In this document: piece by piece, positions 25,720 to 40,627 of the stretch
Layout: each line of letters opens with the position of its first letter
How positions within the stretch are numbered: position 1 is the stretch's first letter
Source of the DNA: Phyllobates terribilis
Lineage: Eukaryota
DNA length: 64,000 nucleotides
NCBI RefSeq assembly: GCF_046119375.1
Contig: NW_027362771.1
Span: 546,654,001 to 546,718,000, forward strand
Direction: 5' to 3'
Made by a program: the position numbers and the translations under genes
The notes under the pieces: model-generated
Seen by the model: only the letters and a program-made list of their open reading frames with translations
What the model was told of the DNA's origin: nothing
Database searches by the model: none

Positions 25720-26179
25720 GTAATATGTTTTTATTTTCATTTCATTCTTCATTCATTGTACATATTTCACACTAAATATGTATAAATTACAAGAAATATA
25801 CGCATTATGCATCACCAACAACCCCAACCCTCCTTCTCGGTAGAAATATATATAATTTATGAGTTTGGTGTCCTACAAACCTCTTGTCCCAAGAATACAC
25901 ATTCCAATCCGGTTGATCCATATATCTGTACATCTGGAGAAGCTTTCCTCATTTAATTTTCATTGTTGTGTCTTATGACATTAATGACTTATCCTCAGGA
26001 TTGGTGGGGGTCTGATTCTTTGCACTCCCCACAGATCAGCTGCTATTAGCTTCAGTATTGGCGCCATTGAAGATAATAACAGCTGATCAAAGGGGGTGGT
26101 TAGTGTTGGACCCCCACCGATCCTGAAGATGAGTCATCAATATCATTGTAGTGGAACCCCCACCCTCCTTTAACCCTTG

Positions 26180-26415
26180 AAGAGACTCTGTCACCAGGTT
26201 TTGCTACCCCAACTGAGAGCAGGATAATATAGGGGCAGAGACCCTGGTTCCAATGATGTATCCCTTACTGGGCTGCTTGCTATCATTTTGATAAAATCAC
26301 AGTTTGATCTTCTGCAGATGTATCAGTTCTCTGAATGATGAGTTCTGTATAACCCCGCCCATACCCCTGATTGGCAGCTTTATGCCCATGCACAGCGTAC
26401 CCAGAAACCGGCCAA
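26180..26415. mobile_element. T2/Kolobok-type MITE fragment
   Basis: GAAGAGACTCTGTCACCAGGTTTTGCTACCCC...CTGAGAGCAG start. Homologous segments occur at 47112-47480. Confidence 0.45.
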
Positions 26416-26419
26416 TCCT

Positions 26420-26600
26420 CTTTCAAGACTACTCGGGTCTCTTCATCAGGCTCAGTGAAGAGACCTGAGTAGTCTTGAAAGCTTGCTATTTGTTACCATC
26501 TTTTCAGTTAGACATTAAAAATGTATCAACCACTAAGGACTCTCAAGTGTTAATATTTTCCTATCTATTGGCTAACATGGTATAAAGAATATATTTTTCC
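26420..26600. mobile_element. Penelope-like terminal fragment with hammerhead-ribozyme core motifs and inverted tail
   Basis: 26-bp inverted arms 26420-26445 and 26456-26481. The minus strand reads CCTGATGAAGAGAC-CCGAGTA-GTCTT-GAAAG and the plus strand continues GAAAGCTTGCTA. Confidence 0.55.
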
Positions 26601-27139
26601 TTGGTGATGAACCAAAAATTTAGCAAAGATATATAATTTTATATACCCAACACCCTTTCCCGATATCTGGAATAATTTTCGAGAAGATAAAATAATTTTC
26701 CTCAACCTGTTACACAATTTGGAGATTGATCTATATCTCTCACTTGTGTCCTACATATATTGTTTAATTTATTGTTCCCTTTCTATGAATAAATACCAAT
26801 ACAGAGTCTAACTCATCGAAATTGGAGAACAAGACTCCCATTCAAGCCCCTGAGATCTGATGTGACATGTCAGGAATACTTTCCAGTTTGAACAATGGTG
26901 ATAAGCGCACAGTGGCCGGTCTGCCTCTGAAACATGTCTTCCGATGCTTCGGAACATCTCGCCCCTTACTCTTCTTTAGAGTTAGAGCCCCTTTCCCTCA
27001 TCACCCATTATAGGAAAAGCATTCACTCTGCTCCCAGACCTCCATTGCCTACATGATAATCCCACCGTGGGTGTTTTGATCTTTACTAGGTGTATATGCA
27101 ACAAAGGTCACGGATGAATCTTCTATTCCTCTGTTGCAG

Positions 27140-27343
27140 ATATGCAATCATTCATAGTAAAAGAAGAACCTGAGTATTATTCAGAGACCGATGTGTCCAA
27201 GAGATATTTGCTGGTGGAAAGTCCTGTGTGCCGCCAACAGAAGCTTTTGGTACGATCACAAAACTGCAATGGACTTGAGAAGCTGCTCTATCATCCAGAA
27301 GACTCTACAAGTCAAGAACTGGTAGACCAAAGTTTTTATAATA
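27140..27343 (+). CDS. Linker exon, repeat module 2
   Basis: 204-nt phase 1-1 exon (D)MQSFIVKEEPEYYSETDVS...QELVDQSFYN. TGTTGCAG| and ATA|GTAAGA. Confidence 0.85.
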
Positions 27344-28773
27344 GTAAGAAAGCAATTTTTTTATTCAATTAATGTGAAAAATATAAGACTCCTACTCGTC
27401 ATACAAGTCATCCCATCACCCCAGCCCTCACCACTACCATAAAAGTACCATGGAGATAGGTGCACTCATACATGGTCACTTTTCCAACTCCTCTTCTCTT
27501 TATCAGGGTGCTATAATGGGGTCAGGACAAAATACTGCGTGATTGCGAGCCAATATATAATCTTGAAAATTACAGAATTTACCTCCCCAAAGCTCAAAGG
27601 ATCCTGATTTTAAGTATTTAATAATCAACATTACTTTCTAGTTTGTATCCCGGAAGATGAGGAATGAATCTGCAGTCTGTCTCTGAGAAGACCTGTCAGC
27701 TCTCCCATGTCTTGTTTTCTTAGACCTCTGCCTTGTGCCAATCCTCTGTTTCTCCTACAAGGAATGTATGAATAAATTGACAACCAGGTGTCAGCAATTG
27801 GGGTCAGGTGTTCCTACACAGTCCGACACTGTCCAATCAGTGCTATTACTATCAGACCTTGTAGGGGAATGGTAACACCCAGTTGTCGTACAGGAATACC
27901 AGAGGAACGGCACGATGCAGAATTAAATGACAAGATGCTCCAGGATTGTCGTTCTATGGGGAATACAGGTATTCTGGAAAACAGAAGATGTCAGGACAGC
28001 TGTTGGGTCTAATTACATGTTTTTTCCCATGTGAGGGTATATATGTCCCCCTAACCTTACTTTTCTTAGTTGCTGTTGATTTTATGCTCCTCCATTCTAG
28101 AAAGACAGTGCACTTTATGCATACAATTCCCATTCCTACAACTCCACCTTGGATGGTGCGTCGTTCCAGCTCGTCTATATCAGAATCCCACTCTGACCGT
28201 ATAGACTTCTACCCATCTTGGTGTACATACAATAAGGTTGTGTTCACACTGAGTATTTTCAGGAGTTTTTGGAATGGAAACTATTCAGAATCCTCCCCAA
28301 AAATTGCTTCAAAAAACACTTCCAAATCCTTTCTATAGGAATTCCTTGTGGCTGTTTATATGAGGAGTCTTTTAAACTTCTCTCTTTTTTTTTTAAACCT
28401 GAAGATGTTTTGGAAAACGCCTGTGGTAAGCAGGTGTATGGTAATTCTTTTGGAGCGCTGTCCAATTAAAAGGCGTCAAAAAAACTTTTTAATATATAAA
28501 AAAAAAAACCTCTTCAACAGCCTCGGGAAAAGAAAAATTGCTCCAAAACCTCCCCAAATACAGGCGTTTCTTGAAGCATTTCTGCTTGAAAACTCATGGT
28601 TTCTAAACTCCTTTAGAAAAGGAGCCGCCTGAAGAATGAGCATGTTAAAATCTATATTATAAGGCTGGATGCGTGTCTCTGTCTGAAGCCTCATTAGACT
28701 GAGCATGCTCAGTGTGGCGCCATGACGACAATATGTCCAGGACAAGAGAGAGAGGAAGAGAGAGACACATTCC

Positions 28774-31700
28774 TGAGTACACCCCTATATTATCAGTACA
28801 TTATACATACAGCGCTCAGCATAAGTGAGTACACCCCTCTGTATCCTCAGTACGTTACACATACAGCGCTCAGCATAAGTGAGTACACCCCCCTGTATTC
28901 TCAGTACGTTACACATACAGCACTCAGCGTAAGTGAGTACACCCCCCTGTATTCTCAGTACATTATACATACAGCGCTCAGCATAAGTGAGTACACCCCC
29001 CTGTATTCTCAGTACGTTATACATACAGCGCTCAGCATAAGTAAGTACACCCCCCTGTATTCTAAGTACGTTATACATACAGTGCTCAGCATAAGTGAGT
29101 ACACCCCCCTGTATTCTCAGTACGTTATACATACAGCGCTCAGCATAAGTGAGTACACCCCCCTGTATCCTCAGTACGTTATACATTCAGCGCTCAGCAA
29201 AAGTGAGTACACCCCCTGTATCCTCAGTACGTTATACATACAGCGCTCAGCATAAGTGAGTACACCCCCCTGTATTCTCAGTACGTTATACATACAGCGC
29301 TCAGCATAAGTGAGTACACCCCCCTGTATTCTCAGTACGTTATACATACAGCGCTCAGCATAAGTGAGTACACCCCCCTGTATTCTCAGTACGTTATACA
29401 TACAGCGCTCAGCATAAGTGAGTACACCCCCTGTATCCTCAGTACGTTATACATACAGCGCTCAGCATAAGTGAGTACACCCCCCTGTATTCTCAGTACG
29501 TTATACATACAGCGCTCAGCATAAGTGAGTACACCCCCCTGTATTCTCAGTACGTTATACATACAGCGCTCAGCATAAGTAAGTACACCCCCTGTATCCT
29601 CAGTACGTTATACATACAGCGCTCAGCATAAGTGAGTACACCCCCCTGTATCCTCAGTACGTTATACATACAGCGCTCAGCATAAGTGAGTACACCCCCC
29701 TGTATTCTCAGTACGTTATACATACAGCGCTCAGCATAAGTGAGTACACCCCCCTGTATTCTCAGTACGTTATACATACAGCGCTCAGCATAAGTGAGTA
29801 CACCCCCCTGGATCCTCAGTACGTTATACATACAGCGCTCAGAATAAGTGAGTACACCCCCCTGTATTCTCAGTACGTTATACATACAGCGCTCAGCATA
29901 AGTGAGTACACCCCCCTGGATCCTCAGCACTTTATACATACAGCGCTCAGCATAAGTGAGTACACCCCCCTGGATCCTCAGTACGTTATACATACAGCGC
30001 TCAGCAAAATTGAGTACACCCCCTGTATCCTCAGTACGTTATACATACAGTGCTCAGCAAAAGTGAGTACACCCCTATGTATTCTTAGTACGTTATACAT
30101 ACAGTGCTCAGCGTAGGTCAGTACACCCCCCTGTATTCTCAGTACGTTATACATACAGCACTCAGCATAAGTGAGTACACCCCCCTGTATTCTCAGTACG
30201 TTATACATACAGTGCTCAGCGTGCGTACACCCCCCTGTATTCTCAGTACGTTATACATACAGCGCTCAGCATAAGTGAGTACACCCCCCTGTATCCTCAG
30301 TACGTTATACATACAGCGCTCAGCGTAAGTGAGTACACCCCCCTGTATTCTCAGTACGTTATACATACAGCGCTCAGCGTAAGTGAGTACACCCCCCTGT
30401 ATTCTCAGTACGTTATACACACAGCGCTCAGCATAAGTGAGTACACCCCCCTGTATTCTCAGTACGTTATACATACAGCGCTCAGCATAAGTGAGTACAC
30501 CCCCTGTATCCTCAGTACGTTATACATACAGCGCTCAGCAAAAGTGAGTACACCCCCCTGTATTCTCAGTACGTTATACATACAGCGCTCAGCATAAGTG
30601 AGTACACCCTCTGTATTCTCAGTACGTTATACATACAGCTCTCAGCGTAAGTGAGTACACCCCCCCTGTATTCTCAGTACGTTATACATACAGCGCTCAG
30701 CATAAGTGAGTACACCCCCCTGTACTCTCAGTACGTTATACATACAGCGCTCAGCATAAGTGAGTACACCCTCTGTATTCTCAGTACGTTATACATGCAG
30801 CGGTCAGCGTAAGTGAGTACACCCCCCAGTATTCTCAGTACGTTATACATACAGTGCTCAGCATAAGTGAGTACACCCCCCTGTATTCTCAGTACGTTAT
30901 ACATACAGCGCTCAGCGTAAGTTAGTACACCCCCCTGTATTCTCAGTACGTTATACACAGAGCACTCAGCATAAGTGAGTACACCCCCCTGTATTCTCAG
31001 TACATTATACATACAGCGCTCAGCATAAGTGAGTACACCCCCCTGTATTCTCAGTACATTACACATACAGCGCTCAGCAAAAGTGAGTACACCCCTCTGT
31101 ATTCTCAGTACTTATACATACAGTGCTCAGCGTAAGTGAGTACACCCCCCTGTATTCTCACTATTATATATACAGCGCTCAGCGTAAGTGAGTACACCCC
31201 CCTGTATTCTCAGTACGTTATACATAGTGCTCAGCAAAAGTGAGTACACCCTCCTGTATTCTCAGTACGTTATACATACAGCGCTCAGCGTAAGTGAGTA
31301 CACCCCCTGTATTCTCAGTACATTATCCATACAGCGCTCAGTGTAAGTGAGTACACCCTCTGTATTCTCAGTACATTATACATACAGTGCTCAGCGTAAG
31401 TGAGTACACCCCCTGTATTGTCAGTGCATTACACATATAGCGCTCAGCATAAGTGAGTACACCCCCCCGTATTCTCAGTACGTTATACATACAGCGCTCA
31501 GCGTAAGTGAGTACACCCCCCTGTATTCTCAGTACGTTACACATACAGCGCTCAGCATAAGTGAGTACACCCCCTGTATTCTCAGTACATTATACATTCA
31601 GCGCTCAGCATAAGTGAGTACACCCCCTGTATTCTCAGTACGTTATACATACAACGCTCAGCGTAAGTGAGTACACCCCCTTGTATTCTCAGTACGTTAT

Positions 31701-34700
31701 ACATACAGTGCTCAGCAAAAGTGAGTACACCCTCCTGTATTCTCAGTACGTTATACATACAGTGCTCAGCGTAAGTGAGTACACCCCTATGTATTCTCAG
31801 TACGTTATACATACAGCGCTCAGCGTAAGTGAGTACACCCCCTGTATTCTCAGTACATTATACATACAGCGCTCAGCGTAAGTGAGTACACCCTCTGTAT
31901 TCTCAGTACGTTATACATAGAGTGCTCAGCGTGAGTACACCCCTCTGTATTCTCAGTACGTTATACATACAGCGCTCAGCGTAAGTGAGTACACCCCCTG
32001 TATTCTCAGTACATTATACATACAGCGCTCAGCGTAAGTGAGTACACCCTCTGTATTCTCAGTACGTTATACATACAGCGCTCAGCATAAGTGAGTACAC
32101 CCCCCTGTATTCTCAGTACGTTATACATACAGCGCTCAGCATAAGTGAGTACACCCCCCTGGATCCTCAGTACGTTATACATACAGCGCTCAGAATAAGT
32201 GAGTACACCCCCCTGTATTCTCAGTACGTTATACATACAGCGCTCAGCATAAGTGAGTACACCCCCCTGGATCCTCAGCACTTTATACATACAGCGCTCA
32301 GCATAAGTGAGTACACCCCCCTGGATCCTCAGTACGTTATACATACAGCGCTCAGCAAAATTGAGTACACCCCCTGTATCCTCAGTACGTTATACATACA
32401 GTGCTCAGCAAAAGTGAGTACACCCCTATGTATTCTTAGTACGTTATACATACAGCGCTCAGCGTAAGTGAGTACACCCTCTGTATTCTCACTGTTGTAT
32501 ATAAAGCGCTCAGCGTAAGTGAGTACACCCCCCGTATTCTCAGTACGTTATACATAGTGCTCAGCAAAAGTGAGTACACCCTCCTGTATTCTCAGTACGT
32601 TATACATACAGCGCTCAGCGTAAGTGAGTACACCCTCTGTATTCTCAGTACATTATACATACAGTGCTCAGCATAAGTGAGTACACCCCCCGTATTCTCA
32701 GTACGTTATACATACAGCGCTCAGCGTAAGTGAGTACACCCCCCGTATTCTCAGTACGTTATACATTCAGCGCTCAGCATAAGTGAGTACACCCCCTGTA
32801 TTCTCAGTACTTTATACATACAGCGCTCAGCATAAGTGAGTACACCCCCTGTATTCTCAGTACTTTATGCATACAGCGCTCAGCATAAGTGAGTACACCC
32901 CCTGTATTCTCAGTAAGTTATACACACAGCGCTCAGCATAAGTGAGTACACCCCCCTGTATCCTCAGTACGTTATACATACAGCGCTCAGCAAAAGTGAG
33001 TACACCCCCTGTATTCTCAGTACGTTATACATACAGCGCTCAGCTTAAGTGAGTACACCCCCCTGTATTCTCAGTACGTTATACATACAGCGCTCAGCGT
33101 AAGTGAGTACACCCCCCTGTATTCTCAGTACATTATACATACAGCGCTCAGCATAAGTGAGTGCACCCTCTGTATTCTCAGTACGTTATACATACAGCAC
33201 TCAGCATAAGTGAGTACACCCCCCTGTATTCTCAGTACATTATACATACAGCGCTCAGCGTAAGTGAGTACACCCCCCTGTATTCTCAGTATATTATACA
33301 TACAGCGCTCAGCATAAGTGAGTACACCCCCTGTATTCTCAGTACGTTATACACACAGCGCTCAGCATAAGTGAGTACACCCCCCTGTATTCTCAGCACG
33401 TAATACACACAGCGCTCAGCATAAGTGAGTACACCCCCCTGTATTCTTAGTACATTATACATACAGCGCTCAGCAAAAGTGAGTACACCCCCTGTATTCT
33501 CAGTACTTTATACATACAGCGCTCAGCATAAGTGAGTACACCCCCCTGTATTCTCAGTACGTTATACATACAGCGCTCAGCATAAGTGAGTACACCCTCT
33601 GTATTCTCAGTACGTTATACATACAGCGCTCAGCGTGAGTACACCCCCCTGTATTCTCAGTACGTTATACATACAGTGCTCAGCATAAGTGAGTACACCC
33701 CCCTGTATTCTCAGTACGTTATACATACAGCGCTCAGCGTAAGTGAGTACACCCCCCCTGTATTCTCAGTACGTTATACACACAGCACTCAGCATAAGTG
33801 AGTACACCCCCCTGTATTCTCAGTACGTTATACATACAGCGCTCAGCATAAGTGAGTATACCCCCCTGTATTCTCAGTACGTTATACACACAGCGCTCAG
33901 CATAAGTGAGTACACCCCCCTGTATTCTCAGTACGTTATACATACAGCGCTCAGCATAAGTGAGTACACCCCCCTGTATTCTCAGTACGTTATACATACA
34001 GTGCTCAGCATAAGTGAGTACACCCTCCTGTATTCTCAGTACGTTATACATACAGCGCTCAGCAAAAGTGAGTGCAGCTCCTGTATTCTCAGTATGTTAT
34101 ACATACAGCGCTCAGCGTAAATGAGTACACCCCCCTGTATTCTAAGGACATTATATATACAGCTCTCAGCATCAGTGAGTACACCCCCTGTATTCTCAGT
34201 ACGTTATACATACAGCGCTCATCATAAGTGAGTACACCCCCTGTATTCTCAGTACCTTATACATACAGCGCTCAGCGTAAGTGAGTACACCCCCCTGTAT
34301 TCTCAGTACGTTATACATACAGCGCTCAGCAAAAGTGAGTGCACCTCCTGTATCCTCAGTACGTTATACATACAGCGCTCAGCGTAAGTGAGTACACCTC
34401 CCTGTATTCTCAGTACGTTATACATACAGTGCTCAGCATAAGTGAGTACACCCCCCTGTATTCTCAGTACGTTACACACACAGCGCTCAGCATAAGTGAG
34501 TACACCCCCCTGTATTCTCAGTACGTTATACATACAGCGCTCAGCATAAGTGAGTACACCCCCCTGTATTCTCAGTACGTTATACATACAGTGCTCAGCA
34601 TAAGTGAGTACACCCTCCTGTATTCTCAGTACGTTATACATACAGCGCTCAGCAAAAGTGAGTGCAGCTCCTGTATTCTCAGTATGTTATACATACAGCG

Positions 34701-37700
34701 CTCAGCGTAAGTGAGTACACCCCCCTGTATTCTAAGGACATTATATATACAGCTCTCAGCATAAGTGAGTACACCCTCTGTATTCTCAGTACGTTATACA
34801 TACAGCGCTCATCATAAGTGAGTACACCCCCCTGTATTCTCAGTACGTTATTCATACAGCGCTCAGCGTAAGTGAGTACACCCCCCTGTATTCTCAGTAC
34901 GTTATACATACAGCGCTCAGCAAAAGTGAGTGCACCTCCTGTATCCTCAGTACGTTATACATACAGCGCTCAGCAAAAGTGAGTACACCCCCCTGTATCC
35001 TAAGTACGTTATACATACAGCGCTCAGCAAAAGTGAGAACACCCCCTGTATTCTCAGTACGTTATACATACAGCGCTCAGTGTAAGTGAGTACACCCCCC
35101 TGTATTCTCACTGTTATATATACAGCATTCAGCGTAAGTGAGTACACCCCCCTGTATTCTCAGTACGTTATACATATTGCTCAGCAAAAGTGAGTACAAC
35201 CTCCTGTATTCTCAGTACGTTATACATACTGCACTCAGCATAAGTGAGTACACCCCCCTGTATTCTCAGTACATTATACATACAGCGCTCAGCATAAGTG
35301 AGTACATCCTCCTGTATTCTCAGTACGTTATACACAGAGCACTCAGCATAAGTGAGTACACCCCCCTGTATTCTCAGTACATTATACATACAGCGCTCAG
35401 CAAAAGTGAGTACACCCCCTGTATCCTCAGTACATTATACATACAGTGCTCAGCAAAAGCGAGTACACCCCTCTGTATTCTCACTGTTATACATACAGCG
35501 CTCAGCGTAAGTGAGTACACCCCCTGTATTCTCAGTACATTATACATACAGCGCTCAGCGTAAGTGAGTACACCCTCTGTATTCTCAGTACATTATACAT
35601 ACAGTGCTCAGCGTAAGTGAGTACACCCCCTGTATTGTCAGTGCATTACACATATAGCGCTCAGCATAAGTGAGTACACCCCCCCGTATTCTCAGTACGT
35701 TATACATACAGCGCTCAGCGTAAGTGAGTACACCCCCCTGTATTCTCAGTACGTTATACATACAGTGCTCAGCATAAGTGAGTACACCCCCCTGTATTCT
35801 CAGTACGTTATACACACAGCGCTCAGCATAAGTGAGTACACCCCCCTGTATTCTCAGTACGTTATACATACAGCGCTCAGCATAAGTGAGTACACCCCCC
35901 TGTATTCTCAGTACGTTATACATACAGTGCTCAGCATAAGTGAGTACACCCTCCTGTATTCTCAGTACGTTATACATACAGCGCTCAGCAAAAGTGAGTG
36001 CAGCTCCTGTATTCTCAGTATGTTATACATACAGCGCTCAGCGTAAGTGAGTACACCCCCCTGTATTCTAAGGACATTATATATACAGCTCTCAGCATAA
36101 GTGAGTACACCCCCCTGTGTTCTCACTGTTATATATACAGCGTTCAGCGTAAGTGAGTACACCCCCCTGTATTCTCAGTACGTTACACATACAGCGCTGA
36201 GCATAAGTGAGTACACCCCCTTGTATTCTCAGTACGTTATATATACAGCGCTTAGCGCAAGTGAGTACACCCCCCTGTATTCTCAGTACGTTATACATAC
36301 AGCGCTCAGCATAAGTGAGTACACCCTCTGTATTCTCAGTACGTTATACATACAGCGCTCATCATAAGTGAGTACACCCCCCTGTATTCTCAGTACGTTA
36401 TACATACAGCGCTCAGCGTAAGTGAGTACACCCCCCTGTATTCTCAGTACGTTATACATACAGCGCTCAGCAAAAGTGAGTACACCTCCTGTATCCTCAG
36501 TACGTTATACATACAGCGCTCAGCAAAAGTGAGTACACCCCCCTGTATCCTAAGTACGTTATACATACAGCGCTCAGCAAAAGTGAGAACACCCCCTGTA
36601 TTCTCAGTACGTTATACATACAGCGCTCAGTGTAAGTGAGTACACCCCCCTGTATTCTCACTGTTATATATACAGCGTTCAGCGTAAGTGAGTACACCCC
36701 CCTGTATTCTCAGTACGTTATACATATTGCTCAGCAAAAGTGAGTACAACCTCCTGTATTCTCAGTACGTTATACATACTGCACTCAGCATAAGTGAGTA
36801 CACCCCCCTGTATTCTCAGTACATTATACATACAGCGCTCAGAATAAGTGAGTACATCCTCCTGTATTCTCAGTACGTTATACACAGAGCACTCAGCATA
36901 AGTGAGTACACCCCCCTGTATTCTCAGTACATTATACATACAGCGCTCAGCAAAAGTGAGTACACCCCCTGTATTCTCAGTACATTATACATACAGTGCT
37001 CAGCAAAAGCGAGTACACCCCTCTGTATTCTCACTGTTATATATACAGCGCTCAGCGTAAGTGAGTACACCCTCCTGTATTCTCAGTACGTTATACATAC
37101 AGCGCTCAGCGTAAGTGAGTACACCCCCTGTATTCTCAGTACATTATACATACAGCGCTCAGCGTAAGTGAGTACACCCTCTGTATTCTCAGTACATTAT
37201 ACATACAGTGCTCAGCGTAAGTGAGTACACCCCCTGTATTGTCAGTGCATTACACATATAGCGCTCAGAATAAGTGAGTACACCCCCCCGTATTCTCAGT
37301 ACGTTATACATACAGCGCTCAGCATAAGTGAGTACACCCCCTGTATTCTCAGTACATTATACATTCAGCGCACAGCATAAGTGAGTACACCCCCTGTATT
37401 CTCAGTACTTTATACATACAGCGCTCAGCATAAGTGAGTACACCCCCCTGTGTTCTCACTGTTATATATACAGCGTTCAGCGTAAGTGAGTACACCCCCC
37501 TGTATTCTCAGTACGTTACACATACAGCGCTGAGCATAAGTGAGTACACCCCCTTGTATTCTCAGTACGTTATATATACAGCGCTTAGCGCAAGTGAGTA
37601 CACCCCCCTGTATTCTCAGTACGTTATACATACAGCGCTCAGCATAAGTGAGTACACACCCTGTATTCTCAGTACGTTATACATAAAACGCTCAGCGTAA

Positions 37701-40627
37701 GTGAGTACACCCCCCTGTATTCTCACTGTTATATATACAGCGTTCCGTGTAAGTGAGTACACCCCCCTGTATTCTCAGTATATTATATATACAATGTTCA
37801 GCATAAGTGAGTACACCCCCTGCATTCTCAGTACGTTATACATACAACGCTCAGCGTGAGTACACCCCCTTGTATTCTCAGTACGTTATACATACAGTGC
37901 TCAGCAAAAGTGAGTACACCCTCCTGTATTCTCAGTACGTTATACATACAGTGCTCAGCGTAAGTGAGTACACCCCTCTGTATTCTCAGTACGTTATACA
38001 TACAGCGCTCAGCGTAAGTGAGTACACCCCCTGTATTCTCAGTACATTATACATACAGCGCTCAGCGTAAGTGAGTACACCCTCTGTATTCTCAGTACGT
38101 TATACATAGAGTGCTCAGCGTGAGTACACCCCTCTGTATTCTCAGTACGTTATACATACAGCGCTCAGCGTAAGTGAGTACACCCCCTGTATTCTCAGTA
38201 CATTATACATACAGCGCTCAGCAAAAGTGAATACACCCCTCTGTATTCTCAGTACTTATACATAGAGTGCTCAGCGTGAGTACACCCCTCTGTATTCTCA
38301 GTACGTTATACATAGAGTGCTCAGCGTAAGTGAGTACACCCCTCTGTATTCTCAGTACGTTATACATACAGTGCTCAGCAAAAGTGAGTACACCCCTCTG
38401 TATTCTCAGTACTTATACATACAGCGCTCAGCGTAAGTGAGTACACCCCCTGTATTCTCACTGTTGTATATACAGCGCTCAGCGTAAGTGAGTACACCCC
38501 CCTGTATTCTCAGTACGTTATACATAGTGCTCAGCAAAAGTGAGTACACCCTCCTGTATTCTCAGTACGTTATACATACAGCGCTCAGCGTAAGTGAGTA
38601 CACCCCCTGTATTCTCAGTACATTATACATACAGCGCTCAGCGTAAGTGAGTACACCCTCTGTATTCTCAGTACATTATACATACAGTGCTCAGCATAAG
38701 TGAGTACACCCTCTGTATTCTCAGTACGTTATACATACAGCGCTCAGCGTGAGTACACCCTCTGTATTCTCAGTACGTTATACATACAGCGCTCAGCGTA
38801 AGTGAGTACACCCCCATGTATTCTCACTGTTATATATACAGCGTTCAACGTAAGTGAGTACACCCCCCTGTATTCTCAGTACGTTATACATAGTGCTCAG
38901 CAAAAGTGAGTACACCCTCCTGTATTCTCAGTACGTTATACATACAGCGCTCAGCATAAGTGAGTAGACCCCCTTGTATCCTTAGTACGTTATACATACA
39001 GCGCTCAGCAAAAGTGAGTACACCCTCTGTATCCTCAGTACATTATACATACAGTGCTCAGCAAAATTGAGTACACCCCTCTGTATTCTCAGTACGTTAT
39101 ACATACAGCGCTCAGCAAAAGTGAGTACACCCCCTGTATCCTCAGTACATTATACATACAGTGCTCAGCAAAAGTGAGTACACCCCTCTGTATTCTCAGT
39201 ACTTATACATACAGCGCTCAGCGTAAGTGAGTACACCCCCTGTTTTCTCACTGTTGTATATACAGCGCTCAGCGTAAGTGAGTACACCCCCCTGTATTCT
39301 CAGTACGTTATACATAGTGCTCAGCAAAAGTGAGTACACCCTCCTGTATTCTCAGTACATTATACATACAGCGCTCAGCGTAAGTGAGTACACCCTCTGT
39401 ATTCTCAGTACATTATACATACAGTGCTCAGCATAAGTGAGTACACCCCCCCGTATTCTCAGTACGTTATACATACAGCGCTCAGCGTAAGTGAGTACAC
39501 CCCCCTGTATTCTCAGTACGTTACACATACAGCGCTCAGCATAAGTGAGTACACCCCCCTGTATTCTCACTGTTATATATACAGCGTTCCGCGTGAGTAC
39601 ATCCCCCTGTATTCTCAGTATATTATATATACAGCGTTCAGCATAAGTGAGTACACCCCCTGCATTCTCAGTACGTTATACATACAACGCTCAGCGTAAG
39701 TGAGTACACCCCCTTGTATTCTCAGTACGTTATACATACAGTGCTCAGCAAAAGTGAGTACACCCTTCTGTATTCTCAGTACGTTATACATACAGTGCTC
39801 AGCGTAAGTGAGTACACCCCCTTGTATTCTCAGTACGTTATACATACAGTGCTCAGCAAAAGTGAGTACACCCTCCTGTATTCTCAGTACGTTATACATA
39901 CAGTGCTCAGCGTAAGTGAGTACACCCCTCTGTATTCTCAGTACGTTATACATACAGCGCTCAGCGTAAGTGAGTACACCCCCTGTATTCTCAGTACATT
40001 ATACATACAGCGCTCAGCGTAAGTGAGTACACCCTCTGTATTCTCAGTACGTTATAGAGTGCTCAGCGTAAGTGAGTACACCCTCTGTATTCTCAGTACG
40101 TTATACATACAGCGCTCAGCGTGAGTACACCCTCTGTATTCTCAGTACGTTATACATACAGCGCTCAGCGTAAGTGAGTACACACCCATGTATTCTCACT
40201 GTTATATATACAGTGTTCAGCGTAAGTGAGTACACCCCCCTGTATTCTCAGTACGTTATACATACAGCGCTCAGCAAAAGTGAGTACACCCCCTGTATCC
40301 TCAGTACATTATACATACAGCGCTCAGCGTAAGTGAGTACACCCTCTGTATTCTCAGTACATTATACATAGTGCTCAGCATAAGTGAGTACACCCCCCTG
40401 TATTCTCAGTACGTTACACATACAGCGCTGAGCATAAGTGAGTACACCCCCTTGTATTCTCACTGTTATATATACAGCGCTTAGCGCAAGTGAGTACACC
40501 CCCCTGTATTCTCAGTACATTATACATACAGTGCTCAGCGTAAGTGAGTAAACCCCCCTGTATTCTCACTGTTATATATACAGCTTTTAGCGTAAGTGAG
40601 TACACCCCGCCCTGTATTCTAAGGACA
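28774..40627. repeat. 54-bp satellite array, ~220 copies, with higher-order duplications
   Basis: Consensus TGAGTACACCCCCCTGTATTCTCAGTACGTTATACATACAGCGCTCAGCATAAG (53/54-bp variants via the C run). Copy number is estimated from 11.85 kb divided by unit length. Confidence 0.97.

Noticed and set aside
28070-28235. Possible extra ZNF exon (good acceptor CTAAC...TTTTCTTAG, open frame)
   Set aside because: The only donor (AAG|GTTGTG) is weak and was created by the MITE insertion. The peptide resembles neither the linker modules nor any domain I recognise.
28774-40627. CRISPR-like array or repeat-encoded protein (MYNVLRIQGGVLTYAERC / YTPLYSQYVIHTALSISE ORFs)
   Set aside because: There are no unique spacers, no cas genes, and the context is eukaryotic. 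The ORFs arise because 54 is divisible by 3 and they break at every 53-bp unit.
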